Below are positions 1-13,958 of a stretch of 64,000 nucleotides of DNA, in pieces; within the stretch, counting starts at the first letter, position 1; every line of letters begins with the position of its first letter. The notes below the pieces were generated by a model. That model was not told where the DNA came from, made no database searches, and saw nothing but the letters and a program-made list of their open reading frames with translations. The DNA comes from Lama guanicoe (taxonomy: Eukaryota). The stretch lies in the NCBI GenBank assembly GCA_013239625.1, contig MU054001.1, positions 1,804,151 through 1,868,150 on the forward strand, in the 5' to 3' direction. The position numbers and the translations under genes are program-made.

Positions 1-359
1 TCAGCATATAATGACACTTTTACCTCTTCTTTTCCAATTTGGATCCCTTTTATTTCTTTCTCTTGCCTGATTGCTGTGGCTAGGACTTCCAGGACTATAT
101 TGAATAGGAGTGGTGATAGTGGGCATCCTTGTCTTGTCCCAGATTTTAGTGGGAAGCTTTTGAGTTTTTCACCGTTGAGAACTATGCTGGCTATAGGTTT
201 GTCATATATAGCTTTTATTATGTTGAGATATGTTCCCTCTATACCCACTTTGGCGAGAGTTTTTATCATAAATGGGTGTTGAATTTTATCAAATGCTTTT
301 TCTGCATCGATTGAGATGATCATGTGGTTTTTGTCCTTTCTCTTGTTGATGTGATGCAT
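1..359 (-). mobile_element. Young LINE-1, 5'-truncated inside ORF2 (reverse transcriptase domain); continues off the left edge
   Basis: Open frame of 119 codons: [29 protein letters not shown]...[21 protein letters not shown]...VSLYA(D). Confidence 0.93.
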
Positions 360-812
360 TTTCTGCACTTTTAAGGGTTTATCCCTATTTATTTTTTTTA
401 TTTTTAAATTATGAAATTAAGCATATACAAAAATAGATGGAATAATGTGGTGGACTACTATGTCCTATCATCCAACTTCAATAATTATCAAATACATGGC
501 CAATTTTACTTCATCTATATCCTGTTCATCCCCAACCTTCGATACTATTTTGAAATAAATCTAAAACAATCATTTCATTAATAAATGTATCTTTTAATGT
601 ATGCAAAAGATAAGGCCTTCTTTAAAAAATAACTACAATACCATTATCAGCCCTAAGAAATGCAATAATACTTCCTTAACACTTGATATTTGAATTTACA
701 ATTATCTAATAAAGATAACAAAAAATTTCCCTGGGTTGTTTGTTTCAATCATGATCCAAATTAAGGTCCACACACATCAACGGGCTGAGAACTTGTCTCT
801 TTAAAGTTATAG

Positions 813-987
813 CAGGGTTTTCAATCTTGGCACCACTGGTATTTTGAGGTGCAGTTTTTCATTGTGAGGGGCTGTCTGTACACTCATGGCCTCTACCCAC
901 TAGATGCCCTTAACATCTTCAAAGTTGTAACAGCTCAGGGTGGGAGCAGGACTGTGGCATGAAATCATGTCTGGTTGTGAATCACTG
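813..987. mobile_element. MER20-like hAT DNA transposon remnant
   Basis: Degenerate TIRs cagggttttcaa...gaatcactg; internal ggcctctacccactagatgcc; ttatag on both flanks. Confidence 0.7.
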
Positions 988-2314
988 GTTTATAGATACC
1001 CTCTCTATTTCTTCCTTTCCCAATATTTATTGCTGAAGAAACTAGGCTTTTATCTGTAGAATTTATCAAGCTTAATGCTTAATTTTTTTCTCTCTATTGA
1101 CATATATGTGGGGTTTCAAGGAAGAATGAAACTATATTTGTGTTAATCTTCCATCTTTATCAGAAGCCAGCTCTTCACATTAATAATTTCATTGCTTCCT
1201 ATTAAGACAGGCCTCCAATGACCACCCTAATCTAAAATATGTGCTTTCTGTTGTTCTCAAGCTCAGTGCTTAGTTTATTTACTTCACAGTACTCATCACA
1301 ATCTGAATTATTTCAGTAATTTATCTACTTTCTTAGTATGTCTCTCTACCTGACCAAAATATAAGGTTCACGATGAGCTCAGGGATCTTGTCTGTGTTGT
1401 TCCTTCTCATCTTCTCTGTACTTTGCACAAGAAGCACATAGCAGGCACTTTAACAAGTATTTGTTGATTAAATAGAACACAATTTTAACACAAATTTAAG
1501 GGCACAGTAATCTTTTAAAAAAAAATTCGATTATTTTATGCAAAAAAGAATGTTCTGTTAGCAAGGCTATGGAGAAAAAGGTACTTGTATATACCTGATA
1601 GGACTATAAATGGGCACAGTCATATCTGATAGCAAATTAAAATATTTATAAAAATTTTAAATGTATATCACTGTTTTCCAAACTTTAAATATATACTAAT
1701 TGCTGAGGAACTTTTTAAAAGGTAGTTTCTGATTATTAAATCTGAGGCCTAAGATTCTGCACTTCTAAGAAGCTCCTGGGAGATGCTGATGCTTTTAATA
1801 CATAGGCCACATTTCAGGTACTAAAGACACATATACACTGTACCTTAACAATTCCATTTCTTGATGTTTACTTTAGTGGCAGAGTTAGTCACGTGTACTA
1901 GGAGGAATGTACAAGGATCTTCACTGAAACTTGTTTTTTAATTGTCTAAAATTGGAAATATCCTAAATGCCCATCATTAAAGGAGATGCTAAATGAATTA
2001 ATAAATATCCATACAAGGACAACTAAGCAGGAGTTTAAAAAATGAGGCAGATCTACAAGAATACAGATGGGATAACCTCAAAGACATATTACTGGGTCAA
2101 CAACTTGCAAACCAATACATGTTTGATAACAATATATAAAACTCAACCAAACTAATAACACTGGTATTTTCCAAGCTGGAACTTGACTTGAGGGTGAAGG
2201 TTAAGGGTTCCTTACCAGTATTTGTAATGCTTCAATATTTTATAGGGTACTACGTTAAGTGTTACTTATATAACTTAAAATAAATTTAAAAAGAAAATAA
2301 AAGAACGTTCTTAC

Positions 2315-2514
2315 CTAGATGATTTTGTAGCTCTCGTGTCTGCCCATCTTCAGTTGGAGTAATGAGATCCCATATGAAGCCTTTAATTTTCTCATCTCCT
2401 CGATAATGAATAAGGCAATATGCTAATAGCGCTCGGCAAATTATTTCTACATCATGCTCATTTAGCTGCCTTTTAAAACGGCCATGTGATAGAATCTCTC
2501 TCCATCGGCCCCAT
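2315..2514 (-). CDS. CHD9: CHD9 exon ~22 (200 nt): (G)[17 protein letters not shown]...[24 protein letters not shown](G)
   Basis: Acceptor aactag|A, donor G|gtaaga. Confidence 0.95.
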
Positions 2515-2973
2515 CTAGTTAAAAAAAAGGTGTGTTTACATTAATATTGAGTCAAATTCTAGAGAAAAACATTACTCATGAGTAAAAGGCCTGAAAACTG
2601 CAAAAACATATTTTGTCATTAACAGGATTTACCCAATAAAGTTTTTCCCCCATGAGTAAATTGAAGAGCCATGGTATAGTAATTCCTAGTACATTTTATT
2701 CAACAATGGATAAAAACATTATCCATTTTGTGTTACTGAGTATGTAAATCTGAGAACAACAAGGAGTTTGGTATTAGTGATACATTTATAATTATAAAAT
2801 TTAAGGATATCTTCTCATTCTACTATTAAATATGTTAAATATACAAATGCAGGGTACTTAAAATACATTTTATTGATTCTAATAAGATTAAAAATATACT
2901 AGAAAACAGTATATGTTTTCTGCAAATTTATATACAAGACTACTAACAGTAAACATTAAAAATAATACTTTAC

Positions 2974-3170
2974 CCATAAACTAGCAGATTTTTCTCTACT
3001 CGAAAGCATTCAGTTCTTCCATAGCCATTTGAACGCTCACAAGGTCTCCGGAGTTTGGGTTTTTCATCTCCTTCACTTTCGGCTTCAGATAATTCAGCCA
3101 ACTCATCTTTTGTGGCGCTAAAGGGTCTTGTTTGCTTCCTAATTCTTGGAGTATCAATAACCAAGCTGTT
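2974..3170 (-). CDS. CHD9: CHD9 exon ~21 (197 nt): [17 protein letters not shown]...[12 protein letters not shown](G)
   Basis: Acceptor ttacag|AAC, donor GG|gtaaag; ORF 2970..3164. Confidence 0.95.
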
Positions 3171-3360
3171 CTGTAAAATTGAATAGCTATTACTTGAAGG
3201 TCCTTTTACTAGTTTGTTTATAATAGTATTTTACATTTTTACCTTTCAAGTTGTACAAATAATAAAGTAATTATAGAAAGCCAGAGAAATGAAATTGCTA
3301 ACAATTCCACCAATGTACCAAATCAATTAAAATTTTTTTCACTTCTTTAAAACACTTATT

Positions 3361-3367
<7 letters not shown>

Positions 3368-3393
<26 letters not shown>
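3368..3393. repeat. (AT)n microsatellite
   Basis: About 13 AT units. Confidence 0.9.
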
Positions 3394-5162
3394 GAATGAA
3401 ATGTTGTAACATTACAGTTATAGAATAAACAGAATTAGGTATGTGGCTTTATTATTAATGTGAAAGTTATTATACTGTGTTTCCTCAAATATCCACGCAT
3501 TTTATTTTTAAACTGAATTTATGCATCATAATTTTCTTTACCTACTTATTTCACAATTTAATTTAGATTTTTTTTAATTTTTAAAACACATAAAGCTAAA
3601 GTAAGTCTTTGTGATCTAAGTTTATCCTAAAGATAATTCCAAAAGAAGTGAAATATCTAGAAACAGAAATATTGGTCAAAAGATGTAATTATCTTAGGAT
3701 CTAGAAACATGTATCTGTGCTTCCCAAAAGAGTTATACTAATATACCACAAGCAAGGTAATAAATGTATGGCCCTCACTATGTTCAAAGCTATTTAATTT
3801 ATTCAAAACAACTTAAGTTGATGTGTTTTCACCTTCACTGAATAATTTCTTTTAAGTTAGGCACTATGTTGTGGGCTGTGGTTCAGCTGTGAATAAGACA
3901 GCTTCCTGCTCATGAGAAATTCATCGTCCTGAGGATCAGATTAATGCATAAACAAACAAATGGTATTCAGGATGTAGTATTTTATGATACAAGATGGGTA
4001 CAAAGAAAGTCAGTAAGACTTCCAGGGGAATTTTAGATTTTGTCTGGTTATATGTTGATTTGGGTTGTACTTCTATGTTTATAAACGAACTCTTAAAATG
4101 TTTAAAGTATGTAGTTTTTTCTTTCCAATTGACAAATCTCCCAATTAAGTTTGGTAATTGATTTAACTGAAATCAAATATATCTTTCAGTAGATACCCTA
4201 AGTGTTAGAAACGTTTATTTTCCTACTGTTAACTAGTTTTCCTCTTCCATTATATTTTTCTATTCCTGTTAGTGGTGATATTTAAGAAGGCTAATGGCAT
4301 ATTTATCCTTCATCTAGTTAATTCACTAATTTCATTTAATTTAATAGTGGTCTCCAGATTCCATTGCCTTTTTAGGCATATAAACATGCCATATGCAAAT
4401 AATATTTTTAGAAATATCTTTTCAAATTTACTTATTTGCTTTATATAGAACTATACATATTTCCAAAATATATTAAATAATGATGATTATTATTTAATTG
4501 TAAAGTTTTACATTTTAAAAGGTCATCTATTAAATTAGATCCCACGCATCAATGCTCCATACAAAATTCTTTTAATCATGTAGCAGTTATTTTGATAGTA
4601 GGTAAGGCTCCCAAACATTAATTCCTATAAATTACTAGATAGGTATCTCATGAAATGAACAGTTATGTTATTATCAGTTCTATGAATCCTATGTTAGCTT
4701 TTGGCCCTTTTTCCTTAGCTCCAAAGGACATTATTAAAAAAAAAAGTTTAAAAGTACTATTTTTTTTATTGCTTTTTTTCTCCTTTTATATTTGACTGCA
4801 TCATCATTAATGGGATCTGACACCAATAAATAAATAAATAAATAAAAATAAAACAAGGTTAAGGAGCAAAACAAAAGGAATTATTAATTGAAAACATCTT
4901 AAAAATTAAAAAACACATAATTTTAACACAAATAATACCCAAAATTATACTTTCCCGGTATTACAACCTATCATGACAGGTATCAGAAGAATTAAACTAA
5001 AGCAGTGCTTGACTCAACATGTCATCATTCTACGACCCTGTATCAATTAATTTATGCAAATAAATTTATTTCAGTAAGTACATAGTTGAATGCTTTAAAA
5101 TATTATAATATTACCAAAGTATTCCAAAAGGTCATTTTTTCAAAAGGGAAAGAAATACTTAC

Positions 5163-5273
5163 TCTACCACTGATGGCATCTATATCTATTTCTGCCTTTT
5201 TTGCCCATTTTTGCCAGAAGTTGGGATCATCTAAGGAAATATCTGTTCTGTTTCCAGATGCCACAAAACTTGC
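5163..5273 (-). CDS. CHD9: CHD9 exon ~20 (111 nt): [37 protein letters not shown]
   Basis: Acceptor tttcag|GCA, donor AGA|gtaagt; inside ORF 5103..5357. Confidence 0.95.
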
Positions 5274-6668
5274 CTGAAATATATAATGGGAGTTTTTCAA
5301 AATGTTTTGAAGCTTAGAGGAAAAATCTACCAAAGTATATCTAAAACCTAATCTCATATTTACTGTGGATAGAATTTGAATTCAGCATACATACACATAC
5401 AATCAAAGGATGTTTCAAATGCAATGGTCTGAAACATAGCACAGCATCTGCTTAAGATCAAAGGCTAAATGTCAATGCTTGAGTTTTAGGGGCAGAATTA
5501 AATAAGTTATTACTGTTGCTTAAGTCTTGAACTTTTGATAAGCAAGGATCAAATCTTTTTGGTCAAAAAATCACAGAGGACAGAGATACATGCTTTCTAG
5601 AAATACTATACAAAATATTAAAAAATTAGGTAATAAGAATTTCATTTGCCCTGTATAGTTCATTTTCTGGTGTTCTCCTACTTTACTTCCATCACATTTT
5701 TACATAGATACGTCTCCTAAAGAAAATGCAATACATGATATGATGAAATGATACGAGAAATAAAGAAAAATGAACCACTGGCTATCTTTATTTATAAAAC
5801 TCTTTTCCTTACAACATATATAATGCATAATTGTAAAAATGTAAGAAATTACAGAGGAATAAAAGAAAATATAAATGATTTATTTTCTTAAATATTATAG
5901 AAATTATACAATCTTTTAGTTGAAAAAAATTTATATACTATAGTTCAACACTGTAACTCATAAACAATAACAATTATTTGCAACTTAAGTTCTTAAGAAT
6001 GTGGCTTCAAAGAAAAGTTATCAAAGTACTTTATAAAAATGGAATAAGCAGTGAAGATTTATGATGCTTTAAGAAAAGGGCCTGAAAAAATACATGCTAA
6101 ACTCTTATTAGAATAAATGGAAGAATACAGTCACATAAAACGATTTTCAAAGAAGAATATAATTGGTAAATGGCTGCAGGGTAATGCCTAATTATCTGGG
6201 ATATAATCATCAAATGATAAAAAGCTTCATTAAAGAACCCATTTTGATATAACTTTAAAATGCAGAAAATTACACATAAAAAATAATAAAACTGTTACAA
6301 GCAAACATGCCATTTATGACATTCAAGACAACTGGAAGTTCGAACACTGAAAATTTAATGATATCAAGGAATTACTGTTAATTTTATTTTTAAATGTGAT
6401 AATAGTATTGTGATTGTGTTAAAGAAATCTCTAGATATATGTACAGAAACATTTGTAGAGCTGATGATATAATGTCTGGGGTTTGCTTTAAAATAGTACG
6501 ATAGACGGGTAGGGTGGTGATGAAACAAATTTAGCATGAGTTAATAACTGTTGAAGTTGGATGATAAGTACACAGGTTTCATGACATTATTGTGTCTATA
6601 TTTATAGTTTGAATCTTTATAAAACATCTAAAGAATAAGTAGGAACAAAATTTAAATCCTAAGTGCTT

Positions 6669-6733
6669 TTTTTTTACATTTTTTTGTTGAGTTATAGTCA
6701 TTTTACAACATTGTGTCAATTTCCAGTGTAGAG
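6669..6733 (-). mobile_element. Severely 5'-truncated lineage-specific L1 3' end
   Basis: T-run followed by gagttatagtca...tgtgtcaattt; TSD ctaagtgctt at 6659-6668 and 6734-6743. Confidence 0.75.
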
Positions 6734-7039
6734 CTAAGTGCTTCTTGTTGATGAACTTTACAATGACTGCTCGTGATAGTATTTACCAAGTAATAAATAT
6801 ATTCATTCCATCAAACATTCTTGAGATTGGGTTATTAAGATGCTTTTATCTAGCAAGTATTTAAATATTATAAATGTTTAAAAATATGCATCTTCCTGGC
6901 ATATTTATGAAACAGAAGTGACAGAAATAAATGCTTTAATGAAATGAATTTAAATTCCTTTTTTGCTTGCTGTAAACTATAGCTTTAATATTGTGAAACT
7001 ATCGAAAATAGCAATTTTTTATTTCTTTGAAATGGTGAA

Positions 7040-7486
7040 TGTGATAGGCTGAGTAACAGTTCTCAGAGATATCTAAGGTCCTAATTCCTGGAACCTTGGG
7101 AATGTCAGTTTACATGGCAAAAGGGGCTTGGCAAATGTGTTTAAGTTGAGGATCTTAAAATGTGGAGATTAGCCTGTATTATCCAGAAAGGCCTTAAATG
7201 CAATCACAACTGTCCTTATAAGAGGAAAGAGTTGATTTCACTACAGAAGAGCAAAAGACTAACAACAGAAGGAGAGATTGCAATACTGTGTAACATGGTC
7301 ATAAGCCAAGAAATGCAGGCAGTCTTAAAAGTTGGAAGAGATAAGAAAGAGATTCTCTCCTGGAACCTCCAGAAGGAACCAGCCCTACTGTCACTTTGAT
7401 TTTAGCCTGTAAGACTCATTTTGGACTCATTCTGACAGCCAGAATGGTAAGAGAATAAATTTGTTACAGTGGCAACAGAAAACACA
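7040..7486 (+). mobile_element. MLT1-type (ERVL-MaLR) solo LTR
   Basis: TG...CA ends; motifs gtcctaattcctggaacc, cctccagaaggaaccagccct and gagaataaatt; near-5-bp TSD gtgaa/gtgag. Confidence 0.85.
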
Positions 7487-9379
7487 GTGAGACACCTTTT
7501 AATGATAAACCACATGTTATAAAAACTTATAATCAACTTAAAAGAGTAAAGCCTAACTAGTTTGATAATATGAAAAGTAGATAGCCATCATCACCTGCAT
7601 AAAAGTAAGTATGTGATGAAAATTCGTCAACATGGTATGAATGAATATGAGTAACAGATGTCATTCCTAAACTATGAGGGGACTTCATTTTGTTAATTCA
7701 GAAATGAATTTCTCCTGAGTACATATGATATCCATACTTTAAAATCTTCATTAATATACTCGTCAATTTTCAAGAATAATGAAAAGTTCACTGAAGTTCA
7801 CAGTGTTTTATTCTGTCTTACAGTGTCACTGATATATGTCTCTAGAGAAACCATTGAATATGAAAAGTCACTAAAAGGAAACAACTAGATTTTTGAAACA
7901 TATTACTTTATGGTTGTTTACCTTAAAAAATTCTGTATTACAGTGGATAATCACTTTTATTCAGCTACCATGTAACTGTTAATAATTAAAATAATTTGCC
8001 TGGAAGAAACTATATGTCACAATTAAATGGCTTTAAAAGATTTTAAGAAAAATAATAAATTACTTTTCAAATAAAAATTTAAATATTTTAAATAATTCCA
8101 GATGCTCTTGGTAGCTGACATATAACCTACTTTCAAGATGACTTACAAAATTCTTAAGGTTTCTAACAACGGATTAATGCCTAAAGAAATGAAATGCCTG
8201 CTGTGGAGGATGCCATCAAGTACAGGTTTACTAACTACTTTCAAATGTTAAATCTTAATATCATAGTTTCCCCAAGATATTTTTCTTAAAATGTATTCCT
8301 TCAATCACTAAATTCCTTTATTATTTGCAAGGGAAGACTTTAAAATGGTGAAGTCCATCTTCCTCTTCAGAAAGTAGCAGAAAGGTCTTATGTGCCACAG
8401 AGAGGCCCTTACAAATAAGCAATCTATCTGAAGCTTGACTCATACTATTTTGTTTTTGTAAATTAAGCAATTCAAAGACTTTTGTTCTATACCAAATTTA
8501 AAATCAGATCAGAAACTTTTCTGTTTCTAGGATCTACCTAACTGCCTTTATGAAAATCTCTTAAAACAAGGTTTAGTGGGTATAAACACTTATAAATGAA
8601 GTTATCAATAATGAGTCTAATTAATGGATATGTACTAGGTCTAATTAGTCTTATTATACACCCTGCTCCATATATATACAGCTTCTTACCAGAAACTCTT
8701 TGATAATGCAAAGAGACATGGATTGAATTACATTTATCCAAACCACTGAAAACAACTGTGTATAGCTGAAGTTTTTGGAAATTCCAGGGAAAAGTATAAA
8801 ATACTATCAACTTTTTTCCTTTGGTGCCATTATACAGTGGTGCCCTATCTCACTATGCCAAATGCCCACTATATAATGGCATTTCCAAACAATTATGGAA
8901 ATGAAAAAAATTGTAAGACAAGTGCAGGCAAACTCTCTGCTCCTCAGCTATAGTGGTAGCTTTTCAATAAGCTCTCTTTTCAAAAGTAGTAATTGTTCCC
9001 TGGTCTGAGGGTTTAAAACAAATATTTACATCTTAAGTATTTCACATTCTTAGAGTACATCTGGTTATGATTAGAGCATACCTGAGTAAAATAATGCTCA
9101 AGTAACACTTTATAGTAAAGTAGGAAAGGCCAAGCATGAATATTATGCTGTCTTTTATAAGGACAAGAAAAGACTCATAAAGGTTAAGTTAACTGTCCAG
9201 GGTCACTAAGCTTATGAGTCAGATTTGAAACCCTGGTGTTTTGACTTTCCATGATTATTATTATTAACATTATAAATGAGAAAGTATATGCCTCTATTAA
9301 AAAAAATCATGACTAATTTTAGTTCTCAGCTTTATACTTTACTTCTGCAATATTCCTTTTGTTTCCACAATACTACTTC

Positions 9380-10232
9380 CTTCTGCTTTTTTTCTCTAGT
9401 AACTCCCAAATCTGTATCTGTATCCTAGACAACTCCCCTGGACATCTCCACCCAGGTGTCCTGTAAATGGCACAAATATAACAGCTCGAATATTTTACTT
9501 TCTTCATACATACTTCCTTCTCCTGCATTCTCTGTCTTACTTAATGATACCATGACCCTCCTAGCTAATTGAGACAGAAAACCACCTTCAAGTCATTTCT
9601 GACACCTCCTTCCACAAATTTGTAACTGGTCATCAGTTCTTGTTAATTCAAGTGGATCCCCACTATCCTAGCTCATCTATCACCACAGCCTATGTACGCT
9701 TCTTATCTGGTCTCTATGCCTCTAGCCCTTCTCATTCCAATCTCATTCTCTACACTGCTATTAAGAGTTAAGTTTCTAAACCAGATCACATTATGTCCAT
9801 TTTCTGCTTGAAGGGATTTAAAAGCTTTAAAACTGCCTCAGGATCAAGTTCAAATTCCTCAAAATGGAATTTTTTTCGAGCCCTTCACAATTTGGGTCCA
9901 ACCTCTAACCTTCATTTCTATCTCCATTTAATTTACACTGTGCATCCATAAACGTCTATGTCATATTTCTTTAAATCTTTCTTGTAGTTTAGTAACACAT
10001 GGCTCATTTCTGTGGCTTTCTCTTTTTGTAACACAATGAAATTCAAACTTCCTTAAAGACTCAGCTCAAATGTTATTTTCTCTGTAAAGGCTTTCCTGAT
10101 TCTCTGCTCTCCTATTTTATGGACAGTTAATCATTTTCTCCTTTACTTTTTTCAGTGACTATAATTCTCTCACTTTAGTATTCCCATCACTTACTAAAGT
10201 ACCTGACACAAGATTTCATTAGTCTGCTGAAT
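9380..10232 (+). mobile_element. Degenerate L2 LINE fragment
   Basis: Pyrimidine-rich L2-like motifs (aactcccaaatctgtatct, aagactcagctcaaatg); boundaries approximate. Confidence 0.6.
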
Positions 10233-11054
10233 AAAAAGTTTTCATATGAAAACTGATATCATTACTTTTGGTGTAGCACTTGGCCTACCTGCTGTAAGAC
10301 AGTGTTTTCCTCCATAAAGATCAAGAAAGACTTCAGGAAAAAAAAAAAAAAAGACTTCTGGGTTGGAAGTGAAGAGGGGATAAAGGAAGAAAATGTAGAA
10401 AGAAATTAAAGTGGAAAGGAGAAATCCTGAATGAATCAGTGCACATGGGACAGAATACTGTAATTAAAAAAAACTCTTCAGAAGAATGCAACATATAGGT
10501 TTACCATATCTCTGTTGGAAAAAAAGGAATATAAATGCAGTTAGGAAACTTTTAAAGTGTTTTTCCCAGATAGGATAGATAGACAGGCAGTTATCAATAT
10601 TTCCTTTCAAAACACAAACTTCATTTTGCTCTCCCCAAACTTGATTTAAATATTTGAAATGATAATAGAAATCCTCTCTCTCCTTTAAGTAGTTTAAATT
10701 ATTATAAGTTAACGTAAGATGACTTAACCTTCTACACTATATTATTTATATTTTGCTATAAGCTCTTTAACTTAAAAATTTGATTTCAAATGTTCTACTC
10801 TAATTAACACTTATAACTATTTCTAGTTATTACTCTTACTCTATTTCACTAGGACCAGAAAAGTACATGTGAAATTTGATATGAGAGACCAGAAAAAATG
10901 AAGGAAAAGAATATATTACCTACTTCTTTTGAGAAATTCAGTTTATTTAAACATTAAATAGAAGCTCTGCAAATAATTAGTAAAGAGACAACTAAAATTT
11001 TTTTAATAGAGAACATTGCTGGTATACTTATAAAGTACCACTGCTCAGTGTTAC

Positions 11055-11234
11055 CTTGGCAAATGTTGACCCACGTCCTTCTGACTCAATTGTAATGGTT
11101 TTTGTACGACGTAGTAAAATCTGATCGATATCTTCTTCACAGAATTTAGAGCCCTCATCTTCTTCTTCCATAATGGCACCATAAGCACCTCTTCGAAGCA
11201 GATCTTCTATTTCCTTTTTGGAAAGCTGTTGAAT
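11055..11234 (-). CDS. CHD9: CHD9 exon ~19 (180 nt): [19 protein letters not shown]...[14 protein letters not shown]...GSTFAK
   Basis: Acceptor tcttag|ATT, donor AAG|gtaaca. Confidence 0.95.
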
Positions 11235-11937
11235 CTAAGAGAAAACATTTTGGTAACATTTTTTTTTAAGTTCATAGAATGAGAAAGTATTCCTAAAGAA
11301 TGTCAAAGAACAGAGAAGTTATGTTTAAATTGCATTCAGGGCTTGGGATGTACCTGAGAGAATTCTCTGAAAGAATGCATTGAAGCATTGACACTTCGCT
11401 ATCTTGAAATTAAGATTTGCCATTTGCCTAAACTGGCTTCAGTTAAAACAAAGCCTATGGGGCAAGTAACTTCTCAAGGTTCATTTTAGTACTAGGGTTC
11501 AATAGTTGTGATAAAGCACAAGACACAAATAAGGTAATAATTCTGAGGGGCAGGTAGGCCCAAAACACCATTTATAACAAGATAAAGCCAATGCTAGTAG
11601 TTTGGCCCGAAAAATTTATTTTGAAAAACTGTTTATAGGAAAAAATGCAGGAAAATTCACAAATTCTAATTTGCTATGCCATGATACAAACAGCCTAAAC
11701 GCAAGAATTTCTACTCTGAAGACACATCTTGGAATTCACAATCATTGAAGCTACTACACAGACAGAAAAGGATTCAAAAAGTATTAACTAAATGTAGTTC
11801 TATTCTGAAATTTCTCCTTACATAGAAGCATCTAATTAGTGTTCAGTATGGATCAAAGTTAAATGACATGACCTGAGGTTAAAATTAAATGCAAACAGAA
11901 ACAGAAAAGCTCCAAGTGAAGAAGAAAATATACATAC

Positions 11938-12105
11938 CCCACCAACATTACTATCTCTTCCACTCATGCTCTGTAACACAGCCTTATCTAGACCCAGTTT
12001 CAGACTGGCTCGGTCAAACATCTCTCTCTCATATGAGTTACGAGTTACTAGTCGGTAGACCTTAACTGCTTTATTCTGACCGATTCTGTGGCAACGGGCT
12101 TGGGC
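11938..12105 (-). CDS. CHD9: CHD9 exon ~18 (168 nt): [19 protein letters not shown]...SGRDSNVGG, motif VI
   Basis: Acceptor ttatag|GCC, donor GGG|gtatgt. Confidence 0.95.
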
Positions 12106-12176
12106 CTATAAAAAATGAAAAGTTACAGATTCAGTTTATTTTACAAAATAGCACAAAAGGCATTACACATTAAACT

Positions 12177-12465
12177 ATCCTTCTTTTAAATTGAGTTATA
12201 GTCAGTTTACAATGTTGTGTCAATTTCTGGTGTACAGCAGTTTTTAAGTCACACATGAACATACATATATTCGCTTTCATATTCTTTTTCACCGTGAACT
12301 ACTACAAGATCTTGACTTTATTTCCCTGTGCTATACAGTATAAGCTTGTTTATCTATTCTATATATACCTGTCAGTATCTATAAATCTCAAACTACCAGT
12401 CTGTCCCTACCCACCCCTCTCCCCACTGGCAACCACAAGTCTGTATTCTATGTCTGTGAGTCTGT
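12177..12465 (-). mobile_element. Lineage-specific L1 3' end fragment
   Basis: ttgagttatagtcagtttacaatgttgtgtcaatttctggtgtacagc; TSD acattaaact at 12167-12176 and 12466-12475. Confidence 0.8.
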
Positions 12466-13721
12466 ACATTAAACTGTTTTGATGGAATATAAAAGTATGT
12501 GTAAGAATTTTTAGACAATCTTGCTACTGAATTACATATAATTTTTCTCTAGAAATGAAGGTAAAGCTTACCAAGATGAGGAATGATTCCACAATCAGCA
12601 ATAAGTTAAAATTTAAAGTTATATTTTAGAGACTATAAATCTGTGAAAAATTATTTTTTAAAGAGAGTGTCATTAATATAATTTTTGACAGGAATATAAA
12701 TTCTACGAACAGATTTTTTTAGCTGTTGGTTTTGAACTTTAATATTAAATTTCTAAATTTTTTTCCACCACATTATCAATGATCTTTTCAATACATTTAG
12801 TTAAGCTGCATAATTTTGAGGCAGGTAAAAACCTAAGGTGATTAACTCTGGAGACCTAAATTTTATTTAAACACAGAAAGAACTAATTATCTAATATGTA
12901 GACATTTTGGAAGCAGGAAAATCAGAGATTACATTTAGAGCTTCATATTTTATCTCAAGTTCCTACTACACTTGAAATTTGTCTGGTAAATTCTAAAATA
13001 GATTATACAAATGAGAGGTTAAAACTTTATCTTTTATTAAGCAAGCCGGGTATATTCTCAAGAACAATTCACTATATTTGGTGTCATATCTATTTGAAGT
13101 AATAATATATCCCTATCAGTTGCAGTACAATTAATACTACCATGAACAATAAAAGAAGAATTTCTCTTATACTTTGTTCTCTTCTCATACCCTTCCTAGA
13201 TAACACACCTTCAAACTTTGACTCACTCTGATCACTCATTAATATTCCTATGTTTCTATGAAGTCCAAGTATAGTCTTAATTTATAGGTATGCATTAATT
13301 TTCTGCATAAAAAGGCATAGTCTGTTGTCTCAATTCTATGCATACTGTATTATATGACAACTGAGAAGATGAAATTAGGATAATCAAGTACTTATTAAAA
13401 GAAGTAAAACTCTGAAATTTTAATTACTACAAATAGGTTATTCTTATAGCTTAGGCCTATCTCAAATCTACATAATATATACTTTAAACAATTAAATACT
13501 GTATTCAAATAGGTAGACCTTTTCTAGAAGTTGGTATGATACATAATCTAAATAAGTATATTTTATTATATTTTAATGTTAAATTAAAATAAAAATAATT
13601 TCATCTATTTTATTTGGCACAGATAAAATTTCTTAGGGAACATACACGTTAGTTTGTCCATATGAAAATAAACCAAGTGAATTATCAAAGATAGTTATGG
13701 GAATTAAAAAAAATTATCTTA

Positions 13722-13958
<237 letters not shown>

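Noticed and set aside
76..282. 68-aa plus-strand ORF
   Set aside because: Antisense shadow of the L1 ORF2 frame
355..400. Exonisation of the L1 RT frame via tgcag just upstream of its ATG
   Set aside because: No polypyrimidine tract; the upstream sequence is A-rich
7160..7399. 79-aa ORF
   Set aside because: Lies wholly inside the MLT1 LTR; chance ORF
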